Shown: one piece after another, positions 10,021-22,345 of the stretch
Layout: the number at the start of each line of letters is the position of its first letter
Numbering within the stretch: the stretch's first letter is position 1
DNA from: Cladosporium halotolerans
Taxonomy: Eukaryota
Assembly (NCBI RefSeq): GCF_011745625.1
Contig: NW_027191503.1
Coordinates: 62,001 to 99,457 of the forward strand
DNA: 37,457 nucleotides
Reading direction: 5' to 3'
The notes under the pieces: generated by a model
Told to the model about the DNA's origin: nothing
The model's database searches: none
What the model saw: only the letters and a program-made list of their open reading frames with translations
Made by a program: the position numbers and the translations under genes

Positions 10021-11812
10021 ATGTTGTTTTCTCTGATTGTGTGCTTTCTAAGTGCCAAGGTCCTTTCTGCTCCGCTGCTCGATGGCAACCTGAATGTCTC
10101 GTTGCTCGAAGGTCCGTCAGTCACCATCGATGACGGCACCATCAAAGGCGCTTCGTTCCTGGGCGTGGACTCTTTCAAAGGCATTCCCTTCGCTCAGCCC
10201 CCGATTGGAAACCTTCGCCTGAAGCCACCACAGCCCCTCAACTCTTCCTATGGCAAGATCGAAGCCGTAGGTATACCAGCAGCCTGCCCTCAATTCTACA
10301 CACAGGTCCAGTCTGAGAACTTGCTCTCCAATGTGCTCGGGACGCTGTTGAACACTCCTCTTTTGCAACAGGTCACAAGCCAGGATGAGGATTGTCTGAC
10401 GCTCGATGTGCAGCGTCCTTCCGGCGTTGATTCTTCGTCGAAACTTCCTGTTTTAGTTTGGATCTATGGTGGTGGATTCGAGTTCGGTGCTACCCAGCTG
10501 TACGATGGCGCGAGCATTGTTCAAAGATCGAAGACGAACGATGAGCCGATCGTCTACGTGGCCATCAACTACAGGTATGGATCGCTAGATTTATATGTAC
10601 AATCGCATCCAGACACTGACGCTTCTCGACAGACTTGGTGCCCACGGTTTCCTTGCCGGCGAGGAGCTGACAGCCGAAGGATCGACCAACCTGGGTCTTC
10701 GTGATCAACGCCTAGCACTCCAGTGGGTGGCTGATAACATAGATTCTTTTGGCGGAGATCCGGATAAGGTCACAATCTGGGGCGAGTCCGCGGGAGCCAT
10801 CTCTGTGATGGACCACACCATCATCAACGGCGGCGACAACACATACAAGGGCAAGCCCCTATTCCGCGCTGGAATCATGAACTCGGGCTCTGTCCTGCCA
10901 TCACAGCCAGTGACCGCTCCAAAGGCACAAGCCATCTACGACAGAGTCGTCGAGAACGCTGGTTGCACGGGTCAAGACTCTCTTTCTTGCCTGCGAGGTC
11001 TCAGCTCGAACGACTTTTTGAGAGCATCGACTTCAGTCCCCGGCCTGTTTGGATACCATTCCCTCGACCTCTCCTACCTGCCTCGCCCAGACACGAACGA
11101 CAACTTCTTCCCCGAATCTGCCGAAGTCCCCTTGAAAGAAGGCAGATACTTCAAGATGCCCATCATCATCGGCGATCAGGAAGACGAAGGCACTCTCTTC
11201 AGTCTTGCCCCGCTCAACCTCACCACCGACGACGACCTCGCCACCTACCTGACCACCTTCTTCGACTCCGACGCGAGCCAATCCGCCGCCGACAAAGCAA
11301 AGGTCGAAATGCTGCTCGCCAAGTATCCAAACGAGCCGCTGAAGGGCCAGCCTGCCGGCTCGCCCTTCAACACCGGTGCGCTCAACAATGTCTACCCGCA
11401 GTTCAAGCGCCTCGCGGCCTTCCTCGGCGACGTCCCCTTCACGATTGCGCGCCGCGTCTACCTCGAACATGTTGCTTCAGAGATGCCCGCGTGGTCGTCC
11501 ATCGCCACGTACCTCCACGACACGCCTGTGCTGGGCACGTTCCACGCCAGCGACCTGCTGTACAGCTTCGGCATCTTGCCCGGCTTGTTGTTACCCACAC
11601 GCACGACTCAGAACTACTACCTCAATTTCGTCAACCATTTGAACCCGAACAAGGGGACGCAGGAGTCGTACTTGGTCGAATGGCCGCAGTGGGAGAGCGA
11701 GTCGAGGCAGGTGGCGGAGTTTGGCGCGCTAGAGAACGGGCTGCTGAACGACACGTTCAGGCAGGGTGCGGCGGACGTTCTGGCCGAGAATCTGTCAGGG
11801 TACAGGATTTGA
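10021..11812 (+). CDS. Secreted type-B carboxylesterase / Candida rugosa-type lipase (~577 aa; exons 10021-10574, 10633-11812)
   Basis: Signal-peptide-like MLFSLIVCFLSAKVLSA; FKGIPFAQPP, EDCL, WIYGGGF, catalytic GESAG, EDEGT and FHASD. Intron 10575-10632 (GTATGG..CTGAC..CAG) restores INYRLG. Confidence 0.92.
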
Positions 11813-12334
11813 AGAGCCAGTGCTTTTGGAGAGTATGTCGGAGGGAGAAGTACGCTGGTGGCATTGTCCATGTAGATTGCTGATCTATAAGGTACGCATA
11901 GACGGAGACTGGGGAGACTTGAGGAGGAAGCGAGGCTCGTGCTGTGTTCGCGATATATGGTTTTTATAGCTCGAAATAGGAACGCTGATGCAGTGGACCT
12001 GGCTCAAGTCAGTATGGCATGTGTCGTGTAATTTGAGATGCAAATGACAACATAACTTCTCCTCTGCACATTATCGGGTTCTCGCTCAATAAGTGAGGTA
12101 CTCCGATGACTTATGTTCGGGGTCCGCGAGAGCTTGGACATGATATAAGGTTTCTCTGGCAGAGCATACGTGTCGTCAAATCCGACTGTCGAGCAGGCAA
12201 GCATAACGTATACGTCGTCGTACTTGCTGAACTGTATAGTTTACATCCGGTCTCATGCTCTTACAGACGCGCCATTAAACGCCGCGCGATGCTGCATTCC
12301 CATTTCCCATCCGGCATTTTCATCAGCCTCGCGA

Positions 12335-13223
12335 TCATGAATCATCAACCTCCATGCCCTCTCCGCCTGCAGCCGGCTCCTGTTCCTTGTTCTCGAATGT
12401 CGTCTCCAGGAACTCGGCGATGTCCTGGCCCTCATAGAGCTTGAAGTCCTCGCCGATCCCGCTAATGCCCAAGCTCGTATTGTCGACCGTCAGCTCCTTG
12501 TCCTGTGCCAGGCTCTCCTTCAGCGAGCGCAGCGCGTGCCGGATCAGCTCCTCGCGCGAGCTGCCCTCGAACTCGTCCAGATTCCGCTCCAGGTAAGTCC
12601 GCGCCATCTGGCTGCGCGCGCCGATGCCGCACGCCACCATCTCCTGCGTCACGCCGCTGGGCTGGAACTCGAACAGATGGGGGCCCCGCGCGTCCACGCC
12701 GGCGATCAGCAGGCCTACACCGTAAGGTCGGCGTCCGTACTGCTGCGTGTTGGTCTGCGCGCGGTCGGCAATGCGCGAAGTGATGTCGGAGAGGAGGATG
12801 GGGCGGTCGTATGTCAGGCGCGAGGAGAGGGATTGCTGGCGCATGAAGTTGGAGAGGACGCGGGCGTCGGAGGCGAGACCGGCGAGGGCAACGCCATAGT
12901 GCGTGTCGATGGGGATGACTTTCTTCTGGTAGGATGAGAGTTCTTCTGCGTTACGCTGCGAATGGGTGTCAGAAGGGCGAGCTGGTGTGGAGGTGTGATC
13001 GATGGTTGGATTACCTTTATGGCGGCGAGGACGGCGTGGGTTTTGCTGACGATGCCGACGACGACAGAACCCTGCTTCACAGCTTCTTGTGCATATTCGA
13101 CCTGGAAGATACGGCCTTGAGGGGAGCTACGTTGGTTGTCAGTCGCTAATTCGAAGAGTTTAGTCGAATACAAAGGCGGGCTCACAATGTGACGGAGTCG
13201 TTGTCGTAGTTGTTTCTGAACAT
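12335..13223 (-). CDS. PRE5: 20S proteasome subunit alpha-6 (PSMA1-type; ~256 aa; exons 13223-13186, 13126-13015, 12955-12335)
   Basis: Spliced product [68 protein letters not shown]; two canonical GT-AG introns keep the frame. Confidence 0.95.
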
Positions 13224-13594
13224 CTTGCCAGATGAGTTGTATCAAGGCTTTGTGACTGGGGGTATCTGCAAAAGGAACAACAAAGCCAGATGAAGGAGTC
13301 GTGTGGGTGTGGGTGCGGTGGTGGTGTTTGTAATGGAGGTGCTCTGGGCTTCTGTGCTCGTCCAGGCGGCCAGTCGACGCGAATGATGAGGTCGCTCCAA
13401 ACGCCGCAGCCAGCACTGCAGGCCCAAGCTCCGACTCGACGGCCACTGCCGCTGCTGCTCTCCAGCCTCGCGCCCGCTTGCGCCGACGTCAAGGCCGCAG
13501 CTCGCGCGACCAACATCGCTGTACGTTCACTTACGACCACCCGCCGACTGCGACAAGTGCAACACCAATTCCACAGCCTCAGACAGTCGCAAAC

Positions 13595-14149
13595 ATGGCC
13601 GGCGTCAAGACGATCATCGTCCTCTCCTTCGTACGCGCCAACGCTCATTGCCGCCTATCGCAACCTCGCTGACCCGGTATAACCACTCTAGATCCTGGCC
13701 ATCGGCTTCATCCTCGTCATCCTCTCCTCCGCCCTCTATCACAACTACCTTACCCTCCTCGTTGTCGCAACATATGTCCTTGCTCCCGTGCCCAACTGGA
13801 TATGCAGCAAAGCCCAGAACAACGATGATTTTATGGATTCGGGAAGCAGCAGCGTGGTGGAATTGGGACGGTTCTTGACAGGCTTCTTCGTGGTAATGGG
13901 AATAGGTACGTGGGATTGTATCTCTTGCACAAAAGGGGCTTGAGGCCCTGGCTACGGATGCGCAATATCAGAAGGATTCTACATCGCGATCGGTTCACTA
14001 ACCCCACTATCACAGCACTCCCAGTCGTACTGGCGCACACCGAACAGATTAGGATCGAGGCCATGGTCATGAGTATTGTCGGCGGTCTGCTCATCTACAG
14101 CACGATCATAAGCTTCACCATGTTCTTCCGAGAACAAGAGGAATTCTGA
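13595..14149 (+). CDS. VPS55: Vacuolar protein sorting 55 (OB-RGRP family; 127 aa; exons 13595-13630, 13692-13905, 14016-14149)
   Basis: Spliced product MAGVKTIIVLSFILAIGFILVILSSALYHNY..APVPNWIC..ELGRFLTGFFVVMGIALPVVLAH..FFREQEEF; canonical introns. Confidence 0.93.
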
Positions 14150-14474
14150 TTCTGTACCTCCAAAGCGCCTCGGGTTTGAATCATCTCGAACGTTTCGGAC
14201 CTAATCTGGTGCACCCGATGTCATCTGCAAGATTAGAAGCATTTTGTACAGCTATTCAATTTCGTTGTTCTCGTTCACTATCCAATTCTAGCCCAAGCTG
14301 GGTTTAAGGAGGCAACAAGGCTTTCAACTGTTCAGCGTCGATCTGCTCTGATCCATCTCGCTCGTCGCGATCCAGCGATACCCAACGCAATGGCAGGCAG
14401 CTCGCAAACTTTCAAACACGCTCTACCTCCAGCAAACCCTCCAGCAGGCCCACTCCGTACCCACTCCATCGTCC

Positions 14475-15632
14475 TCAACCCCCTCTCTCCTCATCACTCG
14501 ACGAACTCTCGCTCCCATCCCCACCACCCTCCCCGTCCGTCTCATACTCATCCCCACTCGCGCTCTCCTCGTCCCCAGTCTCCGACCCACACCTCCCCTC
14601 CCTCGCCTCATTAACCCAAATCTTCATCTTCTTCCCCACCTTAACCTCACACCTGCGATCCTCCTCCCTAACCGGCAAACACCAAAACTCCCCTGCAAAA
14701 GCCCCCTCCGCATTCTCATCCCCCACCCACGTAAAACACGGCCTCCCCAACGCCACACACTCCCCGCACGCAAAGAACCCTTCGTCGCCCTCGCGCCAGA
14801 CCGTCCGGCGCTTCGCCAGCTTGCTCGAGACGCAGAGCCGGCGCCCGCGGCGTCTTCCCAGGTGCCTTGCAGGCGGCGGAGCAGGTGCCAGAAGGCGGAC
14901 ATGGCGCCCGCGAGGTCGGTGGAGGCGTGGAAGCTGCATTCGGTTTTGTCGGCGTTGGTATAGGAGATGATGAATTTGAATGTGAAGGGGGTGAATTCAG
15001 AGTATTGGGAGCGGGGGACGGGGGATTGGGTTGGTTCGCGGGAAGGGTTGGCGGCTTCGGACTCCAAAGTCGGGTTCGGGGTGGCGTTGGTCTCTTCGAT
15101 GGCGCGAGGGGGGTTTTCTTGTTGTGGTGGAGACGCATCGGTTGCGGCGGGTCTGTAGGGGGTTCTGGGGTCTGGGTCAGGCTTGATGAGAATCGGTGGG
15201 GAGGTGCGCTGTTGTGTCTCAAGTCGCGTCTTCTTTGGAGCGGTCAAGCTTGAGTCGAGGCATTCGGGCTCCTCCTCGTTTGTGATCGAGGCGCGTTTGC
15301 GTTTCTGCCCAGCCGGGTGCTCTGGTCCCGCGAGAGTACGGGCAATGCCGTTCGGGTCGGGCTTCTCGACCTTGACCCTCAACTGTCTATACGCCTTGTA
15401 GGTCAGCATTTACTGGTCGATTTATCACGAAGATTTAAACTTACTCAGGAATCTCTTCGTCATCGTCGCTGCTATAATGAAATGCTGAGCGCCTGTTGGA
15501 CGTTATTACTTGGCTACTGGAACCAAGGCTATTGAGTTGCCCCAACTCAAGTCTCAGCTGATCAACGCGCTCCTCAGCCTTCTCTAGTTCTTGCGCTATT
15601 TTCGCAGCGCGGCGACGATTGGTGGCGTTCAT
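14475..15632 (-). pseudogene. Orphan protein gene (coiled-coil N-terminus, Cys-containing C-terminal domain) with an apparent frameshift near 14840
   Basis: Exon 15632-15445 splices via GTAAGT..GCTGAC..TAG (15444-15387) into the 14624-15409 frame. After TWEDAAGAG the protein-like sequence (LCVSSKL..ACGECVALGRPCFTW..FWCLPV, acidic tail) continues in the 14475-14939 frame. Confidence 0.5.
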
Positions 15633-16254
15633 CTTGGCTCCGAACGACGGTGGGTGCGATCGTGGGATTGCTGATTGTGAATGATGCGGATGTTACTAGC
15701 GAAAAGGCACTTAGTGGTAGAGCAGTTGATCGTTGTTGACAGTACGATGTCGTGATCGACCTTGATGCGTCGATGCTCTTCGTGTTGTTGAGCGGTATTG
15801 TGGCCCTGTTGCGCAGTTAGCATATAGCGCCAATAGCGACGAAATCAGAAACGCTTGCAGTGTCCAACGAGGGCACTGAAGTGCTCGCGAAGTGGTCAAG
15901 TAGTCAAGTGGTCAAGTACGCCCAAGTGGCCAAATGGGTGTGAGACACAGAGATCTGTGGTTGTGGTGGTTCACGTGTTTGATTTCGTCTCTTCAGTTGT
16001 GAGGGTTCACTCGCGAGCGGGCAGGATGACATGTGACCGTGCGCTTGTTTTTGTTGATTGTTGACATGTTGACAATTCTGGAAACGGAAGGGCGGTGTGG
16101 AAGTTGAGGCTAGAAAGGGGGGCAACAAGTGAAAGAAGGGTGATGCTTTTGAGGCCTGCACGCGTTTGTGATGTGGTAGCGAGGTGTGTCATAATGGTAC
16201 TACGAGCGACTGGACGTCTCAGCAAAGTCACCCATACCTGCGACAACGCGATCG

Positions 16255-19200
16255 TCATTGTGTCAAATTGCTCTTGACCCCAACAGGCAGCCTGTCCATT
16301 GCCACTCTGAGGCTCTGCTCAGCCTGCATAGCACCGTTCATGTCGCCGTTGCGCATCAAGACATCCCTGTACATTCCGTCACCAACGCTCACCCAGAGCG
16401 GATCTTGCGTCTTGCGAGCCAACGTTCTCCCTGCGCTCGCACTGTTGACCGCCTGCTTCCCCACGATGCCGTCGAAGAATTGAGCTGTCATCGTGTTCAT
16501 GATGATGGTCAGTATGCGGCAGTTCTTAACCGCCTGAGCGGGGTGCAGGGCAGCTTGGAGACATTGCTTGATCTTGATGATGGTCATGCCAGGGTCTGGA
16601 TCATGGGCACGCAGGACGTGGTAGGCGGAGACGATGGCCTTGTTGGGGTTCGATTCGCAGTAAGGACCTAGATCCGCCAGGGTCTGTTCTGCAAATGCAG
16701 GGTCTCCAGACATGTTTCGTAAAATTGCGATGCTATTCAGGCCTGCGAGCGCTTGAATATCTTTGATGGGCGTGACCGTCTTGCCTTGGTTGAGCTTCAT
16801 CAATAGTTCGGGGGATTGGTAAGACTGAAGGGCCGCCAACTCTTCACCCATAGCTTGCTTGCAGACCGCAGTCAGGTACGTCAACGAGCATTTCATACAT
16901 CCATCCTGAGCCTGTGGCTTTTTTGCGAGATCCGAACGGAGGGACTCGATGGCTTGCAACGCTGTCGGCCAGGCTGCACGTCCACAGTATGCATGAATCT
17001 GCAGTAACTTCATCGAGCAACCAATACGATACTGCATGTCGTTGATGGACTCGGCAGTCTTCATAGACATTGAGGAATTGTCAGCGACTGGTCGATTCAG
17101 CTTCAAGCCTTCGATCAAAATGTGTTCGCCACGCTTGTCCTCGGCATTCGAGTTCATCTTGGAGAAAGCCCCGAGCATATATCCTATCATGTAAAGCTGA
17201 CTCCTAGAAAGCCACATGAATGCGAGCGCAATCTCGCCACTCGGAAATCTCTGAAAGATGCCTCCTGTATCAGCTTCGACGTTGCCGCGGCACGGTACAC
17301 CGAGTGGAAGAAGGAAGCTTCCATCAGCCGACCAGCCGGTCGTCTTGGATTTAGCATCAAGATTTTCGTGAAAGTGATTAAGTTTTTGCGCAGTCTGGTC
17401 GGCTGGGCTCGATTGCATGAAGGCGCAAGCGAGATCGAGTAGGTCCATCGTGGCCTGGAGCTGAGGTAGTTCGCCCATTATCGGCCCTAGCTGATGCGTG
17501 CGTGCCGAAGCCAGCGAGCGTGACGCTAAGTCAACAGCCATGGGATCACCAGATTGCAAATGGACCAGAGCATCCAGAGTTGCGGCGGCAACCTGAACAC
17601 CTATGTGACCATGAGATTCTGCACGATCGCCCAGAGTCGAAAGATGTCGCAGGATAGTTGATGTATCGGCCTTTCGATTTGATTGTACGCCTAGTGAAAT
17701 GCGCAAGAGTTTCACAGCGTAGATCCAGGCCGTGTTGTTCATTGCTTCAACTTCCTGAATGAGCTTCTCCAGCGACTTGATTGCGGCCGTCGGGTTGGTC
17801 TTATACATGACACGGACCAAGAGATGGTGCATGGCATACTTTGTGTCAGTCAGCCTGTTGCGCTCGCAGAACGCAACGCCTTTGCTGAGAGACTCTTCGG
17901 CGGCGATAGTGTTTTCCGTTTCATCAAAGAGAAGAGTTGCAAATCTCAATCGAATTCTGGCTTCTTTTCGTGCATCTTGTGGCCGATAGTTGACAATCAC
18001 CGACTCAAGACAGCCCAGTGCGGTAGCCATCAATTGGTGATACTGTTCCAAGTCCTTCTCCATTGCATCGGGAGAGCAAAGATGACCACTCATTGAATGC
18101 GCCGCTTGAACATATTCCTCGGATAATGAAAGCAATACAGATTGATAGTCGACATCAGGAGAAGGGGTCGGGGGTACGACTTGGGAAGAGGCTAGTTCCG
18201 TCAAGGGGGAAGACTCGGGCGGCTGGGGTATTTGCACATATGCGCCTTTTGGTGGAGGATTTTGCCGCTGTGGCTGATTTACAAGAATCGGCTTGCCTTC
18301 GTTCGAGCGCCTTCTCTTCGGCGTACGGTCTTGATGTGTTGATGGCATTGTATCGGGGCGGTACGACGGTATTTGTACATGTGTCAGGACCCGAGCGTTG
18401 GGTGTGGACTGGGGATGCGGAACAGAATGTGGCGTTTTTTGGGGTGTTTGCGCAAAGTTGGACGGTGACTGCTGCGTTGGTCTATTTGCTGGTTGAGAGG
18501 AATAGGGCTGCTGTAGACTAGCTGGCTGAGAGGGCTTTCGTTGATTTTGCTGGCCTTGTTGCTGATATGACTGCGAGTTACGTTGGCTGCTCGCTGGCGT
18601 GGCATGCGTTGGTGTTGACGGAACGCCTTGTTGCACCTGTCTACGAGGCGATGGTTGAGAAGGTTGCGGTTGCGACGGAATGATCGGCTGCTGTGTCGGT
18701 CTTGCTTGGTTCCCCGCTGAGTGGGTAGGGAGTCCAAGGTTCTGATGAGTGGCGAGCACTGGTGACGAAGCGCTAGGCTGTCTTGAGCGACTTTGACTCG
18801 GGATGAAAGGCTGCCCATTCACTGGCAGAGTGTGAGGTTGAGCTTGGCCATATGAGGGTTGATAAGGATTCGCATAGTTGGATGCTTGAGGCGCGGGCTG
18901 CCAAAACTGCTGGCTAGATGGTTCGTGAAGCTGCCCCGAGGCAAACTGCTGCAACGGAGATGGCTGCTGGTATTGTTGCGGTTGGCGGTTGGGGACTTGG
19001 TGGTTTTGATGGCCTTGATGCTGCGTTGGTGGCGGGACGAATTGCTGCGGATGGTACTGGTAAGCAGCCTGGGGTGGTTGCCAGGAGTTGTGCTGGCTCT
19101 GTTGAAATTGATGCTGCTCTTGAGGCATTGGGACGGAAGGAGCGCCCATGGCCTGCTGCTGCATTGGCAGGGCGGCCTGAGTCTGGCGGCCAGGCGCATA

Positions 19201-19284
19201 CGACACGTTCGGCTGGCCGTACGCAGCAAACTCGCCATACTGCCCGTAGCCGGCCTGCTGGTAGGCGTCGAAGGGAGGCGGCAT
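16255..19284 (-). CDS. SCC4: Cohesin loader subunit Scc4/MAU2/Ssl3 with long Q/P-rich N-terminal extension (1009 aa)
   Basis: YHQLMATALGCLE..EARIRLRFATLLFDETEN..AEESLSKG..KYAMHHLL matches the fungal cohesin-loading-factor domain; intronless ORF. Confidence 0.85.
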   Translation of the reverse strand: MPPPFDAYQQAGYGQYGEFAAYGQPNVSYAPGRQTQAALPMQQQAMGAPSVPMPQEQHQFQQSQHNSWQPPQAAYQYHPQQFVPPPTQHQGHQNHQVPNRQPQQYQQPSPLQQFASGQLHEPSSQQFWQPAPQASNYANPYQPSYGQAQPHTLPVNGQPFIPSQSRSRQPSASSPVLATHQNLGLPTHSAGNQARPTQQPIIPSQPQPSQPSPRRQVQQGVPSTPTHATPASSQRNSQSYQQQGQQNQRKPSQPASLQQPYSSQPANRPTQQSPSNFAQTPQKTPHSVPHPQSTPNARVLTHVQIPSYRPDTMPSTHQDRTPKRRRSNEGKPILVNQPQRQNPPPKGAYVQIPQPPESSPLTELASSQVVPPTPSPDVDYQSVLLSLSEEYVQAAHSMSGHLCSPDAMEKDLEQYHQLMATALGCLESVIVNYRPQDARKEARIRLRFATLLFDETENTIAAEESLSKGVAFCERNRLTDTKYAMHHLLVRVMYKTNPTAAIKSLEKLIQEVEAMNNTAWIYAVKLLRISLGVQSNRKADTSTILRHLSTLGDRAESHGHIGVQVAAATLDALVHLQSGDPMAVDLASRSLASARTHQLGPIMGELPQLQATMDLLDLACAFMQSSPADQTAQKLNHFHENLDAKSKTTGWSADGSFLLPLGVPCRGNVEADTGGIFQRFPSGEIALAFMWLSRSQLYMIGYMLGAFSKMNSNAEDKRGEHILIEGLKLNRPVADNSSMSMKTAESINDMQYRIGCSMKLLQIHAYCGRAAWPTALQAIESLRSDLAKKPQAQDGCMKCSLTYLTAVCKQAMGEELAALQSYQSPELLMKLNQGKTVTPIKDIQALAGLNSIAILRNMSGDPAFAEQTLADLGPYCESNPNKAIVSAYHVLRAHDPDPGMTIIKIKQCLQAALHPAQAVKNCRILTIIMNTMTAQFFDGIVGKQAVNSASAGRTLARKTQDPLWVSVGDGMYRDVLMRNGDMNGAMQAEQSLRVAMDRLPVGVKSNLTQ

Positions 19285-19572
19285 TGGCGCGACTTGCTCC
19301 CGCGAATGGATCGCGCCTTGAGAGCTATCGCTTGCGCGGCGTCATATATCTCTCACACCTCGCATCGACCTGTTCACTTCACGTCCGGCCGACGTTGGCG
19401 AGGCGGCGCGCGCACACCTCGCGTTGCCCCAAGCCACAGTGTGGCGCAAGCCGAGGCCAAAAAGTTCGAGACTGCCTTGCCCAAATTTCCATGCATCGCC
19501 AGTCGCATTGCCTTTCCTGTTGCTCTCCTCACACCCTCACACCTTTTTTCGACCTCGACACCCTCCTTCATA

Positions 19573-20214
19573 ATGGCTCCCGCACCTACCACAAAAAGTA
19601 ACAAGGCGCCCATGAGGACCGGCAAGAGTGGCCCTTCCAAGAGCATCGGAGGTTCCAAAGCCGGCCCCAAAGCGTCGTCCGCCGGAGTGAAGAAGAGCAA
19701 AAAGCCTCAAGGTCGGGTCAGCGGCGAGCAGGTCAAGTCCAAGTCGGCCGACAGTCGCAAGGATGCCAACAAGAAGAAGCAGAAGGTCTACACCGCCAAA
19801 GAGCTCGGTATCCCCGAGCTGAACGGCATCAGGCCGGAGGGAGTTTCGAAGCCGCCCAACATGAAGAAGGGCAAGAACTTCGTCGACGACAATGAGGGCA
19901 TGAATGCAATTATGGCGATGGTTATGGCTGAGAAGGAGGGCAACATCGAGAGCAAAATGCAGAAAGCGAGGCATCTGGAGCAGCTGAGGGAGGCGAAGAA
20001 GGCTGAGGCGGAGAAGAGGGCGCAGAGCAAGAAGGCCACATTCGAGGACAGGAAGAAGGGCATCAAAGAATCGGAGAGAAAGAAACGATCGGATGGGGAC
20101 AGCTCAGCTGTGGAGTCCCGCAAGTCGATGAAGAACGGCTACTTTGCAGGCTTCGGCGACGATGCGCCGCCCAAGGATGCGAAGAAGTCAAAGAAGCGTG
20201 TGAGCTTCGGTTGA
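19573..20214 (+). CDS. LOC1: 60S ribosomal subunit assembly/export protein Loc1-like (213 aa)
   Basis: Lys-rich; YTAKELGIPELN..KKGKNFVDD..IESKMQKARHLEQLREAK, ending KKRVSFG. ATG in good context (ATAATGG) after a pyrimidine-rich leader. Confidence 0.8.
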   Translation: MAPAPTTKSNKAPMRTGKSGPSKSIGGSKAGPKASSAGVKKSKKPQGRVSGEQVKSKSADSRKDANKKKQKVYTAKELGIPELNGIRPEGVSKPPNMKKGKNFVDDNEGMNAIMAMVMAEKEGNIESKMQKARHLEQLREAKKAEAEKRAQSKKATFEDRKKGIKESERKKRSDGDSSAVESRKSMKNGYFAGFGDDAPPKDAKKSKKRVSFG

Positions 20215-20288
20215 TTTGTGACGGGTTTGGGAATCTATGGTCTATTTTCTTTCGGAGCTTCTATCCGCCTATTGGGGCGTTCTAATCA

Positions 20289-21847
20289 TTACTGGTCACT
20301 ACCGGCGACGTGCGCCTTCCTGCGCATCGGATCAAATGCGAACGGCGTCTTGTGCCCTCCCACGGGCCCTTTTCCTGGCATCTTCGGCGGCTCGATCTTG
20401 TCAAAGTCCACATCTCTCGCCATCGCATTCAAGAAATTCACCGCCTTCTCCAAAGTCAGCTAAAGCTCTCTCTGGCTTGTAAACGATTCACTCACCGGCT
20501 TCGCATGCCACCTGCCACCTCCAAGCTCAAACCAACTCAAATGGCCACCACCGCTCGTCGCGCACATAACCACCCACGGTGTCTGTCTGATCTCCTCATA
20601 TGGTACCGCCTCATCGCACGCAATCGGATCGTCTCTTGCATGCAGACACATGGTTGGCACCCGAATGCCAAACAAGCTGTCCGCGCTGGTCGCGTCTCTG
20701 TAGTACGCACCCTCCGTCGGATACCCCCACGTCGCACACTGCACCTCGCGGTCAAACTCGTGCAGGTACTTGATCGAATGGATCTTCTCGGGCAATAGCG
20801 CCTTGTTCTGCGAGATTTCTTCAACGTGCGTGTCGTAGAGCGCACGCATGGATTTACCCATGGCCTTGCTGTAGACGTTCATTCCGATCCAGCTGCGCTG
20901 CAGCGAGAGCGAGGCGACTTCGAGCTTCCACGGGTTGGAGATGACGAGGGCGGCGGAAAGGGGACACGCGTCTCCCTCTTCTCCTAGATACTAGAACACA
21001 GAAAGACACTCGAATCAACAAAACCGAATCCCTCAAAAACATCTTCATGCATTTCACCTCTACAGAAGAGCGGCAAAGGACAGGACAAGGTACCTACAGT
21101 CGTGAGAATGTTCGCGCCCAGCGAGAAGCCCACCCCGAAAATGCGCCTGCGCGGCCAGCGCTCGCGCGCCCACTTCACCACCTGCCGCACGTCCCACGTC
21201 GCCCGCGCGTTGTACAGCATGCTGTTCGTGATCTTACTGCCCGCGCAGCCGCGCGAGTTGACCACGAGCGCCTCCCACTCGCCGCCGCTCAGCCCGCCGG
21301 CTTTGGCGCCCGCCGCGCTCGGCGCTACCAGCGGCGCCAGCACATGCCGGAGGTACGTCTCGTAGCTGCCGCCGCTGAGCCCGTGCAGACACACGAGCAG
21401 TGGCTTGTCGTCGTCGGCGCCCAGGGTTGAGAACTCCTCATCGGTGAAGTACGTCGTGCGGGGCGGGAGGTAGTGGTGGCCGACGCCGACGGGGTCGGTG
21501 GTTGGGCCTTGGTCGTGTGCGATGTTGCCTTCGGCGTCTTTCTCGAGCGAGGCGGGGGGCGGGGCGGCGGTGACGAAGTCGACGGTGAAGTGGCCTGGGA
21601 AGGTGTCCTGCGAGGCGGCAAAGGTGCGGCGTTTGTAGTGGATGGGCGGACCGTCGAATTTCATCGCTGTCCAGGCAGTCTGGAAGTGCCCGTTCGGTAG
21701 GAAGGGGTTGAGGTTGCAGGCGGGCACGGCATCTTTGATCAGTTCGGGGAGCGCTCTGGAGGGGCCGGATTTCGTGGGGAGGGTGAGGGGTTCGTCGCTG
21801 TGTGTGTAGTCTATAGAACAAGAGCCGGGGAAGTAGGAAAACGCCAT
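20289..21847 (-). CDS. Alpha/beta hydrolase of the Eht1/Eeb1/YheT (AB hydrolase 4) family (~466 aa; exons 21847-21098, 20990-20496, 20444-20289)
   Basis: NGHFQT, LHGLSGGSYE, NSRGC, nucleophile GFSLGANIL, YLGEEG after splicing, HARDDP, GGHLSWF; two GT-AG introns keep the frame. Confidence 0.9.
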
Positions 21848-22345
21848 TATGAAACGAGTGTATGTGGATGAGAGGGGAGAGGGAGGGTTGGTGGTTTATT
21901 TCACATGATGAGATGAACGTCGAACAGCTGGCTGCGCAATCGATGGCGCGGGATTGCACGTGGGAACAGGAAGTAGCGCCGGCGTGCCGAGGTTGCATTG
22001 ACCTTGTGCATCACTTTACGGCCGTTAATACAATTTGACAGGCTCGAGCGGACTGCTGTATGGGTGAATGGAAGAAGAAAGAGAATTGTTCTTGTCTTGG
22101 AAACCCTCAGCGACCCAGGCGTTCCTGGCGAACATTTTCATGTGATTCTGAGGCGTGCAGCCATCTCGCATACGTCAGAAGGCTGCTGCCACGACGGGCG
22201 GAGCCGCAGAGCCGCAACGACAGCTCCAGCCTCACCTCGAGCTTGTGACCAAGTCAGCGCACATCACCTCACGCGACAGCCCGATACCGTCTCTGCAAGA
22301 CGTTGCGACCATCACCCTACCGGAAACAGACACTCGCGATCGATC

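Noticed and set aside
15890..15918. AAGTRGTC repeated about 3.5 times
   Set aside because: Short, degenerate simple repeat with no supporting context; not a CRISPR-like array.
18859..19572. Long N-terminal extension of the LOC1 ORF
   Set aside because: Non-ATG start, antisense to the Gln-rich SCC4 N-terminus (hence Leu-rich); the plausible start is 19573.
20991..21097. 107-nt hydrolase intron as a possible C/D snoRNA host
   Set aside because: Only a C-box-like ATGAAGA; no CTGA D box or terminal stem.
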